DNA of 64,000 bases from Octopus sinensis (Eukaryota), in assembly GCF_006345805.1 (NCBI RefSeq), contig NC_042997.1, positions 62,248,001 to 62,312,000 of the forward strand, written 5' to 3'. A program made the translations under genes and the position numbers. Below are positions 11,911-25,160 of the stretch, piece by piece (the first letter of the stretch is position 1; each line of letters begins with the position of its first letter). Below the pieces are notes generated by a model that was not told the DNA's origin, did not search any database, and worked only from the letters and a program-made list of their open reading frames with translations.

Positions 11911-12206
11911 ATCTAGACGAACAGAATCAACACCAACACCATAACCATTACAACTATCGCCATTACCAATCCATCTGTTACTGAATGACTAATAACACCA
12001 ACGATAGTATGAACAAGTTAACCAGCTCCAAATTTGAATGGAATGTGTCTGATGTTTGGGAAATGAGGATTGATTGGAAACTAAATACCAACACTACAAC
12101 AATTAAGAAGAGCAATATGATCATCGCTACAATCGAAACCAAGCAACATAAACCACCTCAACTGTCAACCAATAAATATTAAATTAAGGAATGTCTTAAG
12201 TTATAT

Positions 12207-12510
12207 GTGTTATGTGTTAGCACAGTGGTTAGAATGTCGGGTTTACAATCATGAGGTAATGAGTTCGATTCCTGCACCGGGCTGTGATGTTTTTCAGCAA
12301 GACACTTTATTTTACATTGCTCTAGTTTACTCAGCTGTAGAAATGAGTTGCGACATTCACTGGTGCCAACCTGTATTGGCCTTTGTCTTTCCCTTAGATA
12401 ACATAGGTGGAGAGGTGAGACTGATATGCATGGGTGACTGCTGGTCTTCCATAAACAACCTTACTCGAATTTGTGCCTCGGAAGATCACTTTCTAGATGC
12501 GGTTCCACAG
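12207..12510 (+). mobile_element. tRNA-derived SINE, diverged (CORE-like middle)
   Basis: A box TAGCACAGTGGTTAG, B box GAGTTCGATTCC, then TCAGCAAGACACTT. Confidence 0.7.
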
Positions 12511-12741
12511 TTATTGATGATCAGATGGAGTTTTGCCTTTTTACCCGGAGAAAGAATTAACAGATGAGACCGAGAGAATATTTATGTAAAAAACAGTAGC
12601 GTTCACAAGACTTGAGCTTACACTCCGAAATATCTATCAAGGACCAGGTCAGCAGGGTAAAGTGTGATTATAAGTGGCATCCAAGCGAGCAGATATGGAG
12701 ACGATGATGCAAATAAACAGATAAAACTCCTTGGGTTTGAT

Positions 12742-13410
12742 TAATTTTAAAAATTTTAACTTTAATTTAAATATTTTAATTTAGAATTTTATATTTTATA
12801 TATTTTTTATTAATTAATTTTTTTTCTATGTATTGGTTTATGATTTTCACTGTTTGATTTGCCTAATAGTGGTTTTATCTCTAATTTAATATAATATATA
12901 TATATATATTTATACTATAAAATTAGATTTAATCTTAAATCTAATTTTTCCTGTAAGTTTGGATTTACTCCCTAATATCATTATTATTAATTAGTATGTT
13001 GATAAATTACGTATATTGAGTGTAATATCTCATTTTCGTAAATTATGGAATTTACAGGTAAGATAGAACCGCTATTTTGGAGTTCATCTTTGAAGGATAT
13101 TCCAATACCTTCTAGAAAAGAATATATTTTGAAACTAATTAATAATATTAAGGATTTGTTTTTAGAATTAATTTTTAAAATTTTAACTTTAATTTAAATA
13201 TTTTAATTTTGAATTTTATATTTTATATATTTTTTATTAATTACTTTTTTTCTATGTATTGGTTTATGATTTTCACTGTTTGATTTGCCTAATAGTGGTT
13301 TTATCTCTAATATAATATAATATATATATATATATTTATACTATAAAATTAGATTTAATCCTAAATCTAATTTTTCCTGTTAGTTTAGATTTACTCCCTA
13401 ATATTATTAT
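12742..13410 (+). mobile_element. PLE-like pseudo-LTR pair (about 245-bp direct repeats) bracketing a truncated ORF start
   Basis: 12742-12990 closely matches 13168-13410; ATG at 13045 gives MEFTGKIEPLFWSSSLKDIPIPSRKEYILKLINNIKD, resembling PLE N-termini (SLKxIPIP). An inverted partial copy lies at about 55805-55875. Confidence 0.6.
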
Positions 13411-14952
13411 ATATATAATATATATATATATATATGTGTGTGGTGTGTGTGTTGTGTGTGTGTGTGTGTGTTGTGTGTGTGTTGTGTGTGTGTGTGGTGT
13501 GTGTATACAGTTCTATATTTAAGAGATTGAAAAATTATGAACATTATTTTCATATTACAATTGACGGATATTTTCCTCATTGTTTGTTGTAAACACAACG
13601 TTTCGGCTGAAATACCTTTACGTGTATAAGTCTTGAAAAAATTACAAAAATCGATTCCAGGTGAGAATGCGATCGATAAAGCCGTTTTTTGTCCTACTTT
13701 TCTACCATCAACCTGCACATAACTGCACCTTCCATTTTTTGTTGTTTTTGTACTGCTTAAAGGCACGTTTCTTTCCTGCCAAGCTTACTGTTTAAACCAT
13801 GTTTGTGTTCTCCCAGTCAATAGCCTTATCATTACTGGTACTTTAAACTCTTCGGTTGCATATATGTGTGAATAAAATCGTTTTTCTTTGGAATAAAAAA
13901 GTCTATCCTTATTTCTTCTTTTGCTGGTGTCTCAAACTTAGGTTAAATCAGTGTTTCTCAAAGGGGAGGCCTATGGGAAGTTCGGAAAGTTGTTTTGAGA
14001 GAATTTGGTTTAAATGTTTGACAACTCAGCACCATCCATTGGACGGGGGACGTTTTGCTCGTATATAGATATACATACTGCTACCCGTACCCACTCAAAT
14101 GTATGTTTATATGTATGTATGCATGTATGTTTGTTCTAGATGTGACATTAACCTGAGTCCGGTGATCAGGTTCCTGTTTAGGAGCACTGGGGTTGTGACA
14201 GGCACGGAGTCACTCCTTAAGTATAATCATTCCTAGGTCCTAGGCCCATATTTGGGTTAAATAGATTTCGCAGGGGGTGGAAGGATTTTCCGTTGTTTTT
14301 GACAAAACCATGGGAAGATAACGCTTCTAGGACAAAGTCCGATATAAAACTTGCAATCAATTAGTGTCAGTCATCTTACAATGCTTGTCAGTGGAACCTA
14401 TCTTAAATCCAATGACATACAAATGTCTCTCCATTTCATTTCTTGATTCGTTACGTATTCTATAAAGGTGCTATGATGATGGATGAATGGCAAGAAAAGT
14501 TATATCTGCACACATGTAGGTTTGAAAGGGGATCAGAACAATCAGGCTGAATGTAGAACGGTTTTTCACTTGACAAGATGAGGCAAATCATCATGAATGT
14601 TATATTTACAAGTCAGGTTGCAAACAAACCCAAGATTACTTAAGCCTTCAGATTCGAAATTCATGATGAGCGTTTCAAACATACACGTAAGTGATGCAAA
14701 TTATGATGATAATTAAAGAAAAAAAAAGAACAAAAGAGACAATAAAACATTAAGCACATATAGACGCCATTATCGCCTGCTTAACTTCATTAGCGCCACA
14801 TCAATGGATGTTTTTCTGTTGCAGCTTGTACGCGTAAAATACGACAAATATCTGTATAATTTATTATCCGCTTCTGTTCTCATTCTAACCGTCATTTTAA
14901 GTTTCGCACAATCTCGTAGACGGATATATTCAAGTATAACATATCCACTATA

Positions 14953-15156
14953 ATAATCCTTTCTACTAAAAGCCCAAGGCCTGAAATTTTCGGGGAGGGG
15001 ACTAGTCGATTACATCGATCCCAATGTTTCACTAGTACTTAATTTATCGATTCTCGAAAGGATGAAATGCAAAGTCGACCTCAGAACGTAACAACAAGTG
15101 AAATACCGCTAAGCATTTCGTCCGACGAGCTAATGACTCTTCCAAATCGCTGCCCT
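14953..15156 (-). mobile_element. tRNA-derived SINE family B
   Basis: Aligns with the intact copy at 26808-27040 (GTCGACCTC, GAAATACCGCTAAGCATTTCG). Confidence 0.85.
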
Positions 15157-15537
15157 CATACCCACTGTAATAATAAAACCCTGATGAATTGTGGGAAAAT
15201 TTATTGAGCGTTTAAAAAAAGGCTAAGGAAGTAAACTTCTACAGATATTCCAAAGGGAGGAACGCTAAAGCAGATATGGGTGGTTATACCAAAACTATCT
15301 GGCAAACTGCCAACCTATTGGTTTGTTTTTCCTTCATGACGTTTCTATGAGTGGAGAGATGTAAGAGTATTTTGCGCAGGACAATTGCTCCTGGAAACAG
15401 CCTAGTTACACCTGAAATGGTTAAGTTACTATCTGCAATACCGTCGATCAGCGAGGGAAAAATCCAACCACCTATATGCTCAGGGTGCAGAAAACTTTCT
15501 GGCCTTAATCTTTAAGGGTCTCTCGAAAGCCCTAGTT

Positions 15538-15693
15538 GCAGGCCCAAACTTCCGAGATTTTTTACAGTGCTTAGAAAAACTGAAGGATCCCTGTAATAAA
15601 TGTGTGAATCTAAGAGGGGAATATGTTGAATAAAATCGTAATTAACTGATACTCCTGTATTTTCTTTTACCCAAAGCCAGGAACTATTCAGCA
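15538..15693 (+). mobile_element. mariner 3' end (transposase C-terminus + TIR part)
   Basis: ...KCVNLRGEYVE* followed by CTTTTACCCAAAGCCAGGAACTATTCAGCA; a reverse-complement copy lies at about 55331-55420. Confidence 0.75.
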
Positions 15694-16046
15694 TGTTTCC
15701 GTGCTTTTCTATGTATGTTTATATGTCTGTTGTTTGAATACCAAGTTACGAACTACGAACACAAACAAAATATTCTTCATTGAGTGCAGTACAAAACAAA
15801 TATATTCCCATTGTAGCCATTACTTCTAGCTTCGCGCCATCACATAACCTGTTGAGTGCGAATTAGTCAGCGCTGGATATATGTATGCATACGTACATTA
15901 AATACTTACATACATGTATTTAAGCATATATTCTAGCATTGTAACATAGTAACATACATACTTACATACATACATATATACATACATGCATACATACATA
16001 TATACATACATGCATGCATGCATTCATACATATATGCATAGATGTT

Positions 16047-16159
<113 letters not shown>

Positions 16160-16248
16160 GTGTATGTATGTATGTATGCATATTCACACTTTGCAACTGA
16201 ATTTAAAGAAAAGAAAATGTTCACACAATATATGTCCTATTTCAAACA

Positions 16249-16285
<37 letters not shown>

Positions 16286-16373
16286 TTCTTTCTTTCTTCT
16301 TTCTTCTTTTGTCACACTCAGATGCATTCATACACAAACATATACACACACATGTACACACACACACACTCAC

Positions 16374-16415
<42 letters not shown>

Positions 16416-16647
16416 TATCTATAGCTGTATTTATCTATACACGTATTGTAATATGAGATAACGAGAGAAAAGGGAGAGAGAGAGAGAGAGAAGATAGGTG
16501 GGGAAAGAGTGTGGTCACAATGGTAACAAAAACTATTTGTACTAATTTTCTGCCTTTCTCAAACACCTACACTTAAGTAACCTAAATAAATAAAAAAGCA
16601 AATAAATAAACGAATAGATAGATAGATAGGCAGACGGATACACAGGC

Positions 16648-16703
<56 letters not shown>

Positions 16704-16926
16704 AGCTAAAAAGACTTGTCAATGTGTTTTTAAAAGGCTGATTAATTTGTATTCACCTGTATATAGGTATTATACTGCTCTAGGAGAACTGATTACTAAT
16801 ATTAAATGGACTGTAACTATATTTATACAATTTTAGAGTAGAAAGCAATTAAAAATTTATGCTTTATAGAACTGCTCAGATTTTCTCAAATAGCTTACTT
16901 TTGAATTGTTGCTGGCTGGAGCTATA

Positions 16927-17210
16927 GGCGCAGGAGTGGCTGTGTGGTAAGTAGCTTGCTTACCAACCACATGGTTCCGGGTTCAGTCCCACTGCGTGGC
17001 ACCTTGGACAAGTGTCTTCTACTATAGCCTCGACCCAACCTAAGCCTATGTATATATATATATGTATGTATGTATGTATGTGTGTGTGTGTGTGTATGTG
17101 TGCGTGCGTGTGTGTGTCTGCGTTTGTCTCCCCACCATCGCTTGACAACCGATGCTGTGTGTTTACGTCCCCCGTAACTTAGCGGTTCAACAACAGAGAC
17201 CGATAGAATA
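16927..17210 (+). mobile_element. tRNA-derived CORE-type SINE family A (OR2-like), internally deleted
   Basis: GGCGCAGGAGTGGCTGTGTGGTAAG (A box), GGTTCAGTCCC (B box), CCTTGGACAAGTG (CORE-like). Confidence 0.9.
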
Positions 17211-17329
17211 ATGATGATGATGATGATGAAAAAATCATCAAAATAGAAACAGACATTTTTTTATAAAACGACAGATGCTAAGCAATACCTTCTTTTTAGC
17301 TCTTGTCACCCGAGACATATGAAAACAAA

Positions 17330-18850
17330 CATCCTGCATTTTTTCATGTTTGTACCGGGGGCCTCCAGTGTATGATGATGGGTGAATTACAGAACCTCCA
17401 ACATTCGAAGCATCAACCTGATCATTTCGGTTGACTTCGTTACGAAGATTGCTATATTCTTCTGTACGCAATTCCTTTTGATGGTGTCTTATCCACTGGA
17501 GGTGTTCAGTGTCAATCTGGAAAGGGAAAAAATGTGTGGGGTTAATTATTAATGACCTGGCTAAGGAAATTTTCCGAAAGAAATCATAAAATAAGAAATA
17601 CCTACCTTAGCAAATATATTACACAGTATTGGTTGAGGAGCATCAGTGTTCTCTGAAGAATGTTGATGTCGTTGTTGCGAACCATAAGCCGAAATGCATA
17701 AAATTCCATTTCTGAAATAGTTTTCCGTGGTTGAAGATGCATTAATGTTTCCGGATTAAACTGCGACAAGTCAATGCGGTAGCCATCGTCACTATAGGTG
17801 AACAATAATAGATATTGGAGTGCATCATATTAGGATGAAGTTCATTTATTTTTTGAAGGCGCGAGTCTTGCCATTCAAGAACAATATCACGGTTGAAGCA
17901 CACTCATTAAGACTTGTTATAAGCACCGCAACTTCGTCGGTTTAAAGTTTGTCAAAGCAACCTTGATGCTGCCCTGGTTGAGCGCGGTCACGTCGAATGA
18001 CAACCTTAAACTGATTGGTGTTAGCGTCCCTACGCTGAAGAGCAGTTTTGAAAATGGTGACGTTGTGGGTTTATAGCATGAAGCATATATTGAAGGGGTT
18101 GCAGAAGACATGGTCTTGTTCCTGTAGCAACTGAAGCTATTTGTGCAATTTCCTCGGGTTCGTTCCCCATAACATAAATTTGGAGAAAGCTGTGTTGATC
18201 GCCATCTTGTGGAATAAGGGAGCAAATTCGGTGGCAAATGTGGCCTTGTAGTTTGAAGGTGGGCATACAATTTCCATCTCTTATTGGTGTATGACAAAGC
18301 TTGTCATTTGGAAAGCGGAATTGTAGGGTCTTATATTCCGAAGAAAGTGTTTAGAATCTGGATGGTCTCCGAGTAGCAGGAACTTCAATGGTTCGGCACC
18401 AACTTGTAAATGAGGTAAATTAAACGTTCCATTGAAGCATCATATACCGGTAGATTCTGCTGGCTGCCTCATTGCGTTACAATGGATGCAAACATTAGAT
18501 GATATGTGGGAGCTGTAATGAAAGGCCAACAACAGGAAGAAACCCTCGAAAAGACAGGAGAACGCATTTTACGTTGAGAATCAGCCCTAAGCCTTGTGGC
18601 CCTTTGTGTAACAGTCTCTAAAGCACGGCTATTTGAAGTAGAGGCAGTATCGCAAGCACGCCGGAGTTCTGCTTATTGAGCAGTCTGTGATGCTGTGGCG
18701 GTTGAAGTAGAAGCAGCATAGCGAACACGCCGAAGTGCACGTTGTTCTTCTGTCTCGCTTACCCGCAAGGAACGCAAAATGGAAACATTTTTTTGTTTTT
18801 CTGTCAATGTGACTCTTGCTTTTTCGAGGCACCCTATCGAAAATCTGTAA
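17330..18850 (-). mobile_element. Helitron RepHel N-terminal region, degenerate
   Basis: YNSAFQMTSF..MPTFKLQGHICHRICSLIP..FLQIY; MEFYAFRLMVR; VIHPSSYTGGPRYKHEKMQD (the Helitron LPSSFxGSPRYM motif). Confidence 0.85.
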
Positions 18851-20219
18851 TTGAATGAACCTTTAAAAAATCAATTAAATTTGCTCTCAGAACCGACCGA
18901 ATAGTGTTTTTATTAAAATCTAACCGATGAATTTGATCTGTAATAATCGTAAAAATGATAAGAAGAATTTGCCAAAATATCGTTCAGTTATGCTTACTGA
19001 TAAAAAAACCCTCATAATTTGAAATATTCTTCATGAAATGGAATTAAAGAATAAACAATGAGCATGTACGTGTCAAATCAAGTGAGTCACGCAAAAGTCG
19101 AAAAATACCGCTCATTTTTTGTTTTGCACAAGAAACTGTTTGCTAAGGTTTTAGATATTTATTACCCAAATTTCCACGTTGAATTACTAATCAATTTGTC
19201 ATTTTCTACTGTCAATTGAATTTTGTTGAGAAAATATTCACACAGTTGACTCATAGCCAATTAGTGCTATTTATTCATTAAAGTTAATATTTTATTTCAT
19301 TTTTACTTATTCAAAATAATTGCCTTGTCTGCTTACTCATTTGTGTCAGCTTATTTATTAAACACAGAATAACATGCCCGGATGCACATGTTCGAGTTCA
19401 GTTCATTCTAGGATTATATCGATTTTTATTGCAATCACATATGTTCTTTCATGAAATTGCTTAGAAAGCTTAATGTAATTAATGCTCTGATCAGCATTGG
19501 TCGAACATAGCGGCGGTTCGTACGTGATATGCAGAATGATGGCCAATAAGCGCTACTGAAATCGCATATTCCATCAAGATTTTGAATAAAAAAGGGCAAA
19601 TCTCACTTTGAAACAAAAGATTATGATAACAACAATAACACGAACCAATCACCGAATAAAGCCCTAGCCTTTAACTTGTCTGCAGATAGCACTACTTCAT
19701 CCCTTTGTCCAACTAACCATCTTAGAATAGAATAGCTACAACTGTAGATCCGGGAACGACTGCCTGCTGCAAGCCCAATGCAGAAATTTGCCTCCTTATT
19801 TACCCTTATATATTTATTTATTTATCTTCTTGTTTATTGTCGTATATCATATTTTTATATTCTTTATTTTATCCCTCGTCCCAATCCTTGCATTCTTCCT
19901 CCTCTCTCTGTACGTCCAGCTTCTCTACCGATACCTTTCTGTCTTTCTATTTATTTTCTTTCTCTTCATCCCTCAATAACCACTTCTGCTATCATTCCCA
20001 TACGAACCATCGATATGATCGCGTTTATCAATGGGTATTTACACTATGAAGGCTATAATCATACCTGGATTTATATAGTATTGCACCTAAGGACTGCCAT
20101 CTACACTATCAGAAAGCTGAACTGTGAACTTTTATGCTTCTTTTTTTTCTTTATTTCTTTTTCTCCAGTCCTTGATTTCATCGTTTCCTTAATCTATACC
20201 CTTCACTTTTTCTCTATTT

Positions 20220-20275
20220 GTCTCCTATGACAGAATATCCCAAATTTTGGGATATCCCAGAAACAGCTGTAAGAC
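20220..20275 (+). ncRNA. Decayed minimal type-I hammerhead motif at the end of a PLE-like region (about 19600-20290)
   Basis: GTCT-CCTATGA-[ATATCCC/GGGATAT stem]-GAA-ACAGCTGT-A-AGAC; G5 is mutated. Confidence 0.55.
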
Positions 20276-20381
20276 TTTAAATTTTTCTAATAATAATAAC
20301 GTATGTGACTTGAGATGGTTGTCTTGCCTTAGCGTTTGTTTTCCTCTTTAACAAATATATATATATATATAAGTGTATATG

Positions 20382-20468
<87 letters not shown>

Positions 20469-20529
20469 GTGTGTGTGTGTGTGTGTGCGTGTGTATGTAC
20501 ATATATATACATATACAGCGATGTTTGTA

Positions 20530-20880
20530 GAGGCTACACCCCATAGATTTAGGAAGGCTCAGAAGGAGACCAAACTCAACATTAAGATCATTGAGAAGCC
20601 AGGGAGCACCATCAACTCGCAGTTATGTAGAACGTACCCCTTCGAAAGAGTATGCGTTCAGTTTCGTGATGGTAGAGTCGGGACAAGGCATGACGGTCAG
20701 ACGGTAGTAGATGACGGGTGCGATGTACGCATTCGCCACCTCAGCCCGATCTTTTAGAGATAGCTTCATCTCGGCCCATAGTTGGGTGAGAGTGACCACC
20801 CTGCTCATTATCTCATCCCAGTTCTTCTCCATTTGGAAGTCTGAACTGAACCGAACCCCGAGTATTTTAACCGGTCAGTG
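20530..20880 (-). mobile_element. L1/Tx1 ORF2 fragment (RT thumb)
   Basis: VKILGVRFSSDFQMEKNWDEIMSRV...KLSLKDRAEVANAYIAPVIYYRLTV matches the L1/Tx1 'LS..GR....' region. Confidence 0.8.
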
Positions 20881-21485
20881 GACATTGCAAACATAGCTAC
20901 AACGTGAACAGATCGACTACGTTTTACCTAGTAAAATAAAGGTGCTAATTAACAGTCTACATTTTAGTGGAAATTCGCTTTATAGATTACAAGTTTGCGA
21001 TCTTCGTATAGTCAATGAAGACAAATCTTTTAGACAGAGATGTAAGTATTAAAAATGAAACCTGTCCTTTCGAGAACGGAAGTTTACAGGAACCGCTTAT
21101 AGAATTATAGGCATCAAGGCTAACAATATTTATTATCAAAGACAAGAAATGGTTGGATGTTCAGAAGCATGCTAAATGTGAATCGGTTACTTAACAAAGA
21201 AGGGCTGGAAGATTACGAAGAGGAGTTGGATAGATTGCTACACTAGGGGAGGATTTGAAGAAGAAAATCACTACTAACGTAGTGTTGGCAGCAATAACTG
21301 TCTTGGATATTTTTGCAGTGCAAACTCAGGTGCTAAGGCATGAATACGTGGAAGATATTTGCTGAGCTTACTAGACGATAGACGTGGACGGTTGCAAGAA
21401 AATAATGACGCAATTTCTGCTGCATGGGGATTGCAAATTCGGCTTATTATTACACTCTTGCATGCATGGCCTCCTACACAGCTGC

Positions 21486-21494
21486 ACACACACG

Positions 21495-21530
<36 letters not shown>

Positions 21531-21554
21531 ACACACACACACACACACGCACCC

Positions 21555-21602
<48 letters not shown>

Positions 21603-21611
21603 GCACCCACA

Positions 21612-21667
<56 letters not shown>

Positions 21668-21700
21668 ACGCGCGCGCACGCACCCACACGCACACGCATT
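21486..21700. repeat. (CA)n microsatellite
   Basis: Direct observation; source of six spurious ORFs. Confidence 0.97.
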
Positions 21701-23794
21701 CATGCGAAGAGAAAGTCTCACAAAGAAAAAAGTACTTTTTTTCAATGTGAAAAGCTCTCCGAAAACTGGTTGTAGCATTCGAAAATGTTGTAAAACTGGA
21801 AATATAGGTTGTGACATATTTTTCAACACAGCCAACGAAATATATGTCGCAATTGTATACAGCTTTGTTACTGGGACAAGAAAAAATATATATATAAAAA
21901 AAGCCAGGATCTTGATAGCTATTAAATATTTGAGAAAGAAAACATTGGTATAGAAATTTTTATGCTTGGTAAGATATATCTATGAAAAGAAGTTGTGTCA
22001 TGGAAAATTTCTTGCTGCACGTAATTTTTCGTGGTAATTTTCCTTCAACGTGTGAATACTCATTTATTTTTTTTATTGTCTGACTAAAAGAAAAATGGTT
22101 GTCATTCTATTTTGCAGGCCATCACAGGTTCGAACGTGATGCGGATTATGTTTATCTTGAACATTTGTAGATAGGCATAGATAGGAAAAAGAGGGTGGGA
22201 AAGAATTTCTAAAGTTACGTTGTGTTGTAGAGAGAAGAAATAGGTTCACAAGATGGGCCTAATTGCAAGGTGTATGTGTTTTACTAGTTTATAGAACCAA
22301 TAATTTTTTTTTGCGGTGGCAGATGATCAGAAAGATGTAATATAGCGTCTGTGAGGCAGTAACTGTAGTGTATTGCTGAATGCACATTTCAAGCTGTGGT
22401 TTAGGATGTTTCTGTATATAGCGGCAACACTATTACATATATATGTGCAGAGATTCAATCAAATAAATATAGCCAGAGCTTAGGTATTTTCCTGAACGGA
22501 ACGAAGCAGGGGTCTGATCCTCAAACGTAATTTTGTAATGTTATATTCGTGTATTCACCTATGAGATCATTGAAAGGAGTAGCGTTTGAAGCGACTTTCA
22601 GGTGTTTAATTTTGTCGTTCTTCATAAGAAGCTATGCTACAAGACTTCCCTTGGTAATATGTAAAGATCGTGCCTTTTACTTTAGTAAAAATGAAAAGAT
22701 TTTTCATATTTGAAAAATGTTTTCAAAGTCTCTGATCATGGAAGCAATGTAGGGCCATAGTGAATTATTCCCGTTGTAAAAGTACAGCATACACATACGC
22801 ACGCACACACAAACACGTACATACATGCATAAATAACACACACATACGCACACATATCTATCTATCTATTTATCTATAGACTCATAAGGAAGCATAAAGA
22901 TGAGTTTATATCATGTAAATATAAAGCACATAATAACTGACTGTGTATAGGTTTGAGAGGTCCTTGACAAGAAACATTGCTATAGTGCGATATGACAGAA
23001 AACTTACAGTCAAAGAAATGAAAGACAAAAGCAGATTATAAGTGAACAACTTAGCCCCAAGATTATGAAGTAAATCACATTTGAAGGGCTTATTGATATC
23101 ACCTGCAATAATATTGTTTCTGTTTTTTTTTTATAGTCCTCAACAACGAAAAACTACTGGTGTGTGATGTAAGAGAGTAAAATGTTGTTTAGTTTCGGAT
23201 CAGCTCTGATCGAAGACGTTCCAGCCATAACTGTCCCATATTTTTCTGCCATTGTGAATCTAGATCAACATTTTCTTCTGCTTTTTCTGCTAGATGTAAC
23301 TTTATGAAAACTCGTACTGATAGCTACTAGGAAGGAATAAAGTCAGAGAGAGAGAGAGAGAGAGAGAGGAGACAGACAAACAGACAAACAGAGAGAGAAA
23401 GAGAGGGAGAGAAAGAAAGAAAGAGATAGAGAGAGAGAGAGAGAAAGAAAGAAGAGATTGAGAGAGTGGGGAGAGAGTTGGCTAATAAGGGAAGTTATTT
23501 AGTACTGTTTCTTGCGGCCTTGAGATTTAAGAGGTGGGAGACAACAACGGTATGTGGTTAAGGGACTAACTTATCAACAACGTGGCACCGTGTTCGATAC
23601 CACAAGGCTAGTGAGGGATGTTCTATTGCCAGCAGACTCGTTAGTCAGAAATCCCTATAACCAGAAGGCCCATCAGTCAGAAGTTTCGATAACACAGCAT
23701 TAGGCATAATCTAGTGGTAGTAGTGTTACAACATTATTTGTATCCTAATTAATTTTCTGATTGCAGAAAACTGGTCGCACAATTTGCCAGTGCT

Positions 23795-23922
23795 CGAGTG
23801 GTACTTATTTTATCGACCCCGGAAGAATGCTTGCCAAAATCAACCTTGACGGAACTCAGACGGACAAAATGCAGCTTAGCGTTTTGCCCGGCGTGCTAAC
23901 GGCCCTTCCAGCACGACGTCTT
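23795..23922 (-). mobile_element. SINE family B, diverged partial copy
   Basis: TATCGACCCCGGAAG...TTGCCCGGCGTGCTAAC similarity to 26808-27040. Confidence 0.7.
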
Positions 23923-24835
23923 ACGGTAAATTTACAACAAAATGTTAATCTCTACGCATATCTCAAAACAGGTGAAATGAGAGAGCGTATGGCTGAAGAT
24001 CCCTAAACAATTGGCTGGTTTTAGCATGTTCATCCTTTGCTTTATTTTTAAAGGGATTGGGGTTGCATAATATAAACATATCATCGCATCAGCATCATTA
24101 TAATGAGTTCCAAGAACAACTATCGTTACCCTGCCAAAAATCGTATTTTTGCTGTCGTTTATTTATTTGCATATTTATTTTAGATAAATATAAAGATGTG
24201 AGCAATAACTTCGATGGCTAAAAGTTTCCAATGCACCAACAACTGATTTCATTTCTGACTTTGAGAGTGCCAAAGTCGCTGTTTTTCTTCGGTGATGTGC
24301 GCATACTTTACCATAATATGTACGTGCGTAATTATATATGTATACATAAAGAGAAAAACAAGTTTTAAATATCTCTGAGCGAGAAATATGTAGTAACAGT
24401 ACGTACAGTAAAATCTATTTGCCACACAATGTGACAGTCCTACGCAGGACAATGTTACTACTATTTCGTCCCAGGAAAACATCTTTTCTAGCTGGCTACC
24501 GACACGTGATCTGTGTCCGTATACTGTGAGCAAGGGAGTCTATTTCTCCCTTTCTAGCCTTAGCAGTACCTGTAGACCAATAATTTCTGGGTTAATTTTC
24601 TTCCTTGGTATAGGACAATCGCCGGCTAAAGATGGTTGCCAGTCGATCTTGCTCACAGAATATACTTTTAAAGCGACACACAATCGCTTATCTCGTAAAG
24701 GGAAAAACAATTAGTTTTAAATCTCTGTGCGAGAAATATGTAGTAACAGTACCATAGAGTAAAGTCTATTTGCCAACACAATGTGGCAGTCCATCGCAGG
24801 ACGATGTTACTACTTTTTAGCCCCAAGAAAACATC

Positions 24836-24837
<2 letters not shown>

Positions 24838-24892
<55 letters not shown>

Positions 24893-24902
24893 GACGATGA
24901 CG

Positions 24903-24957
<55 letters not shown>

Positions 24958-25025
24958 GAAGAGAAGAAGAAGAAGAAGAAGAAGAAGAAGAAGAAGAAGA
25001 AGAAGAAGAAGAAGAAGAAGAAGAA

Positions 25026-25072
<47 letters not shown>

Positions 25073-25076
25073 AGAA
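24838..25076. repeat. Compound (GAT)n(TAA)n(GAA)n microsatellite
   Basis: Direct observation. Confidence 0.97.
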
Positions 25077-25160
25077 TTCTTTCAACTATAGGCGCAAGGT
25101 AAAGTCGACCTTGCAGGATTTGAACTCAGAGTGTAAATACGGATGAGATGCTGCTAGGCA

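Noticed and set aside
15180-15480. Tc1-like transposase C-terminus
   Set aside because: Only a faint resemblance (ENLLSV..K...KADM), with no intact catalytic motif.
22320-22760. Candidate host exon on the - strand
   Set aside because: Short open stretch (KNDKIKHLKVASNATPFNDLIGEY) with no recognisable homology or clear splice pair.
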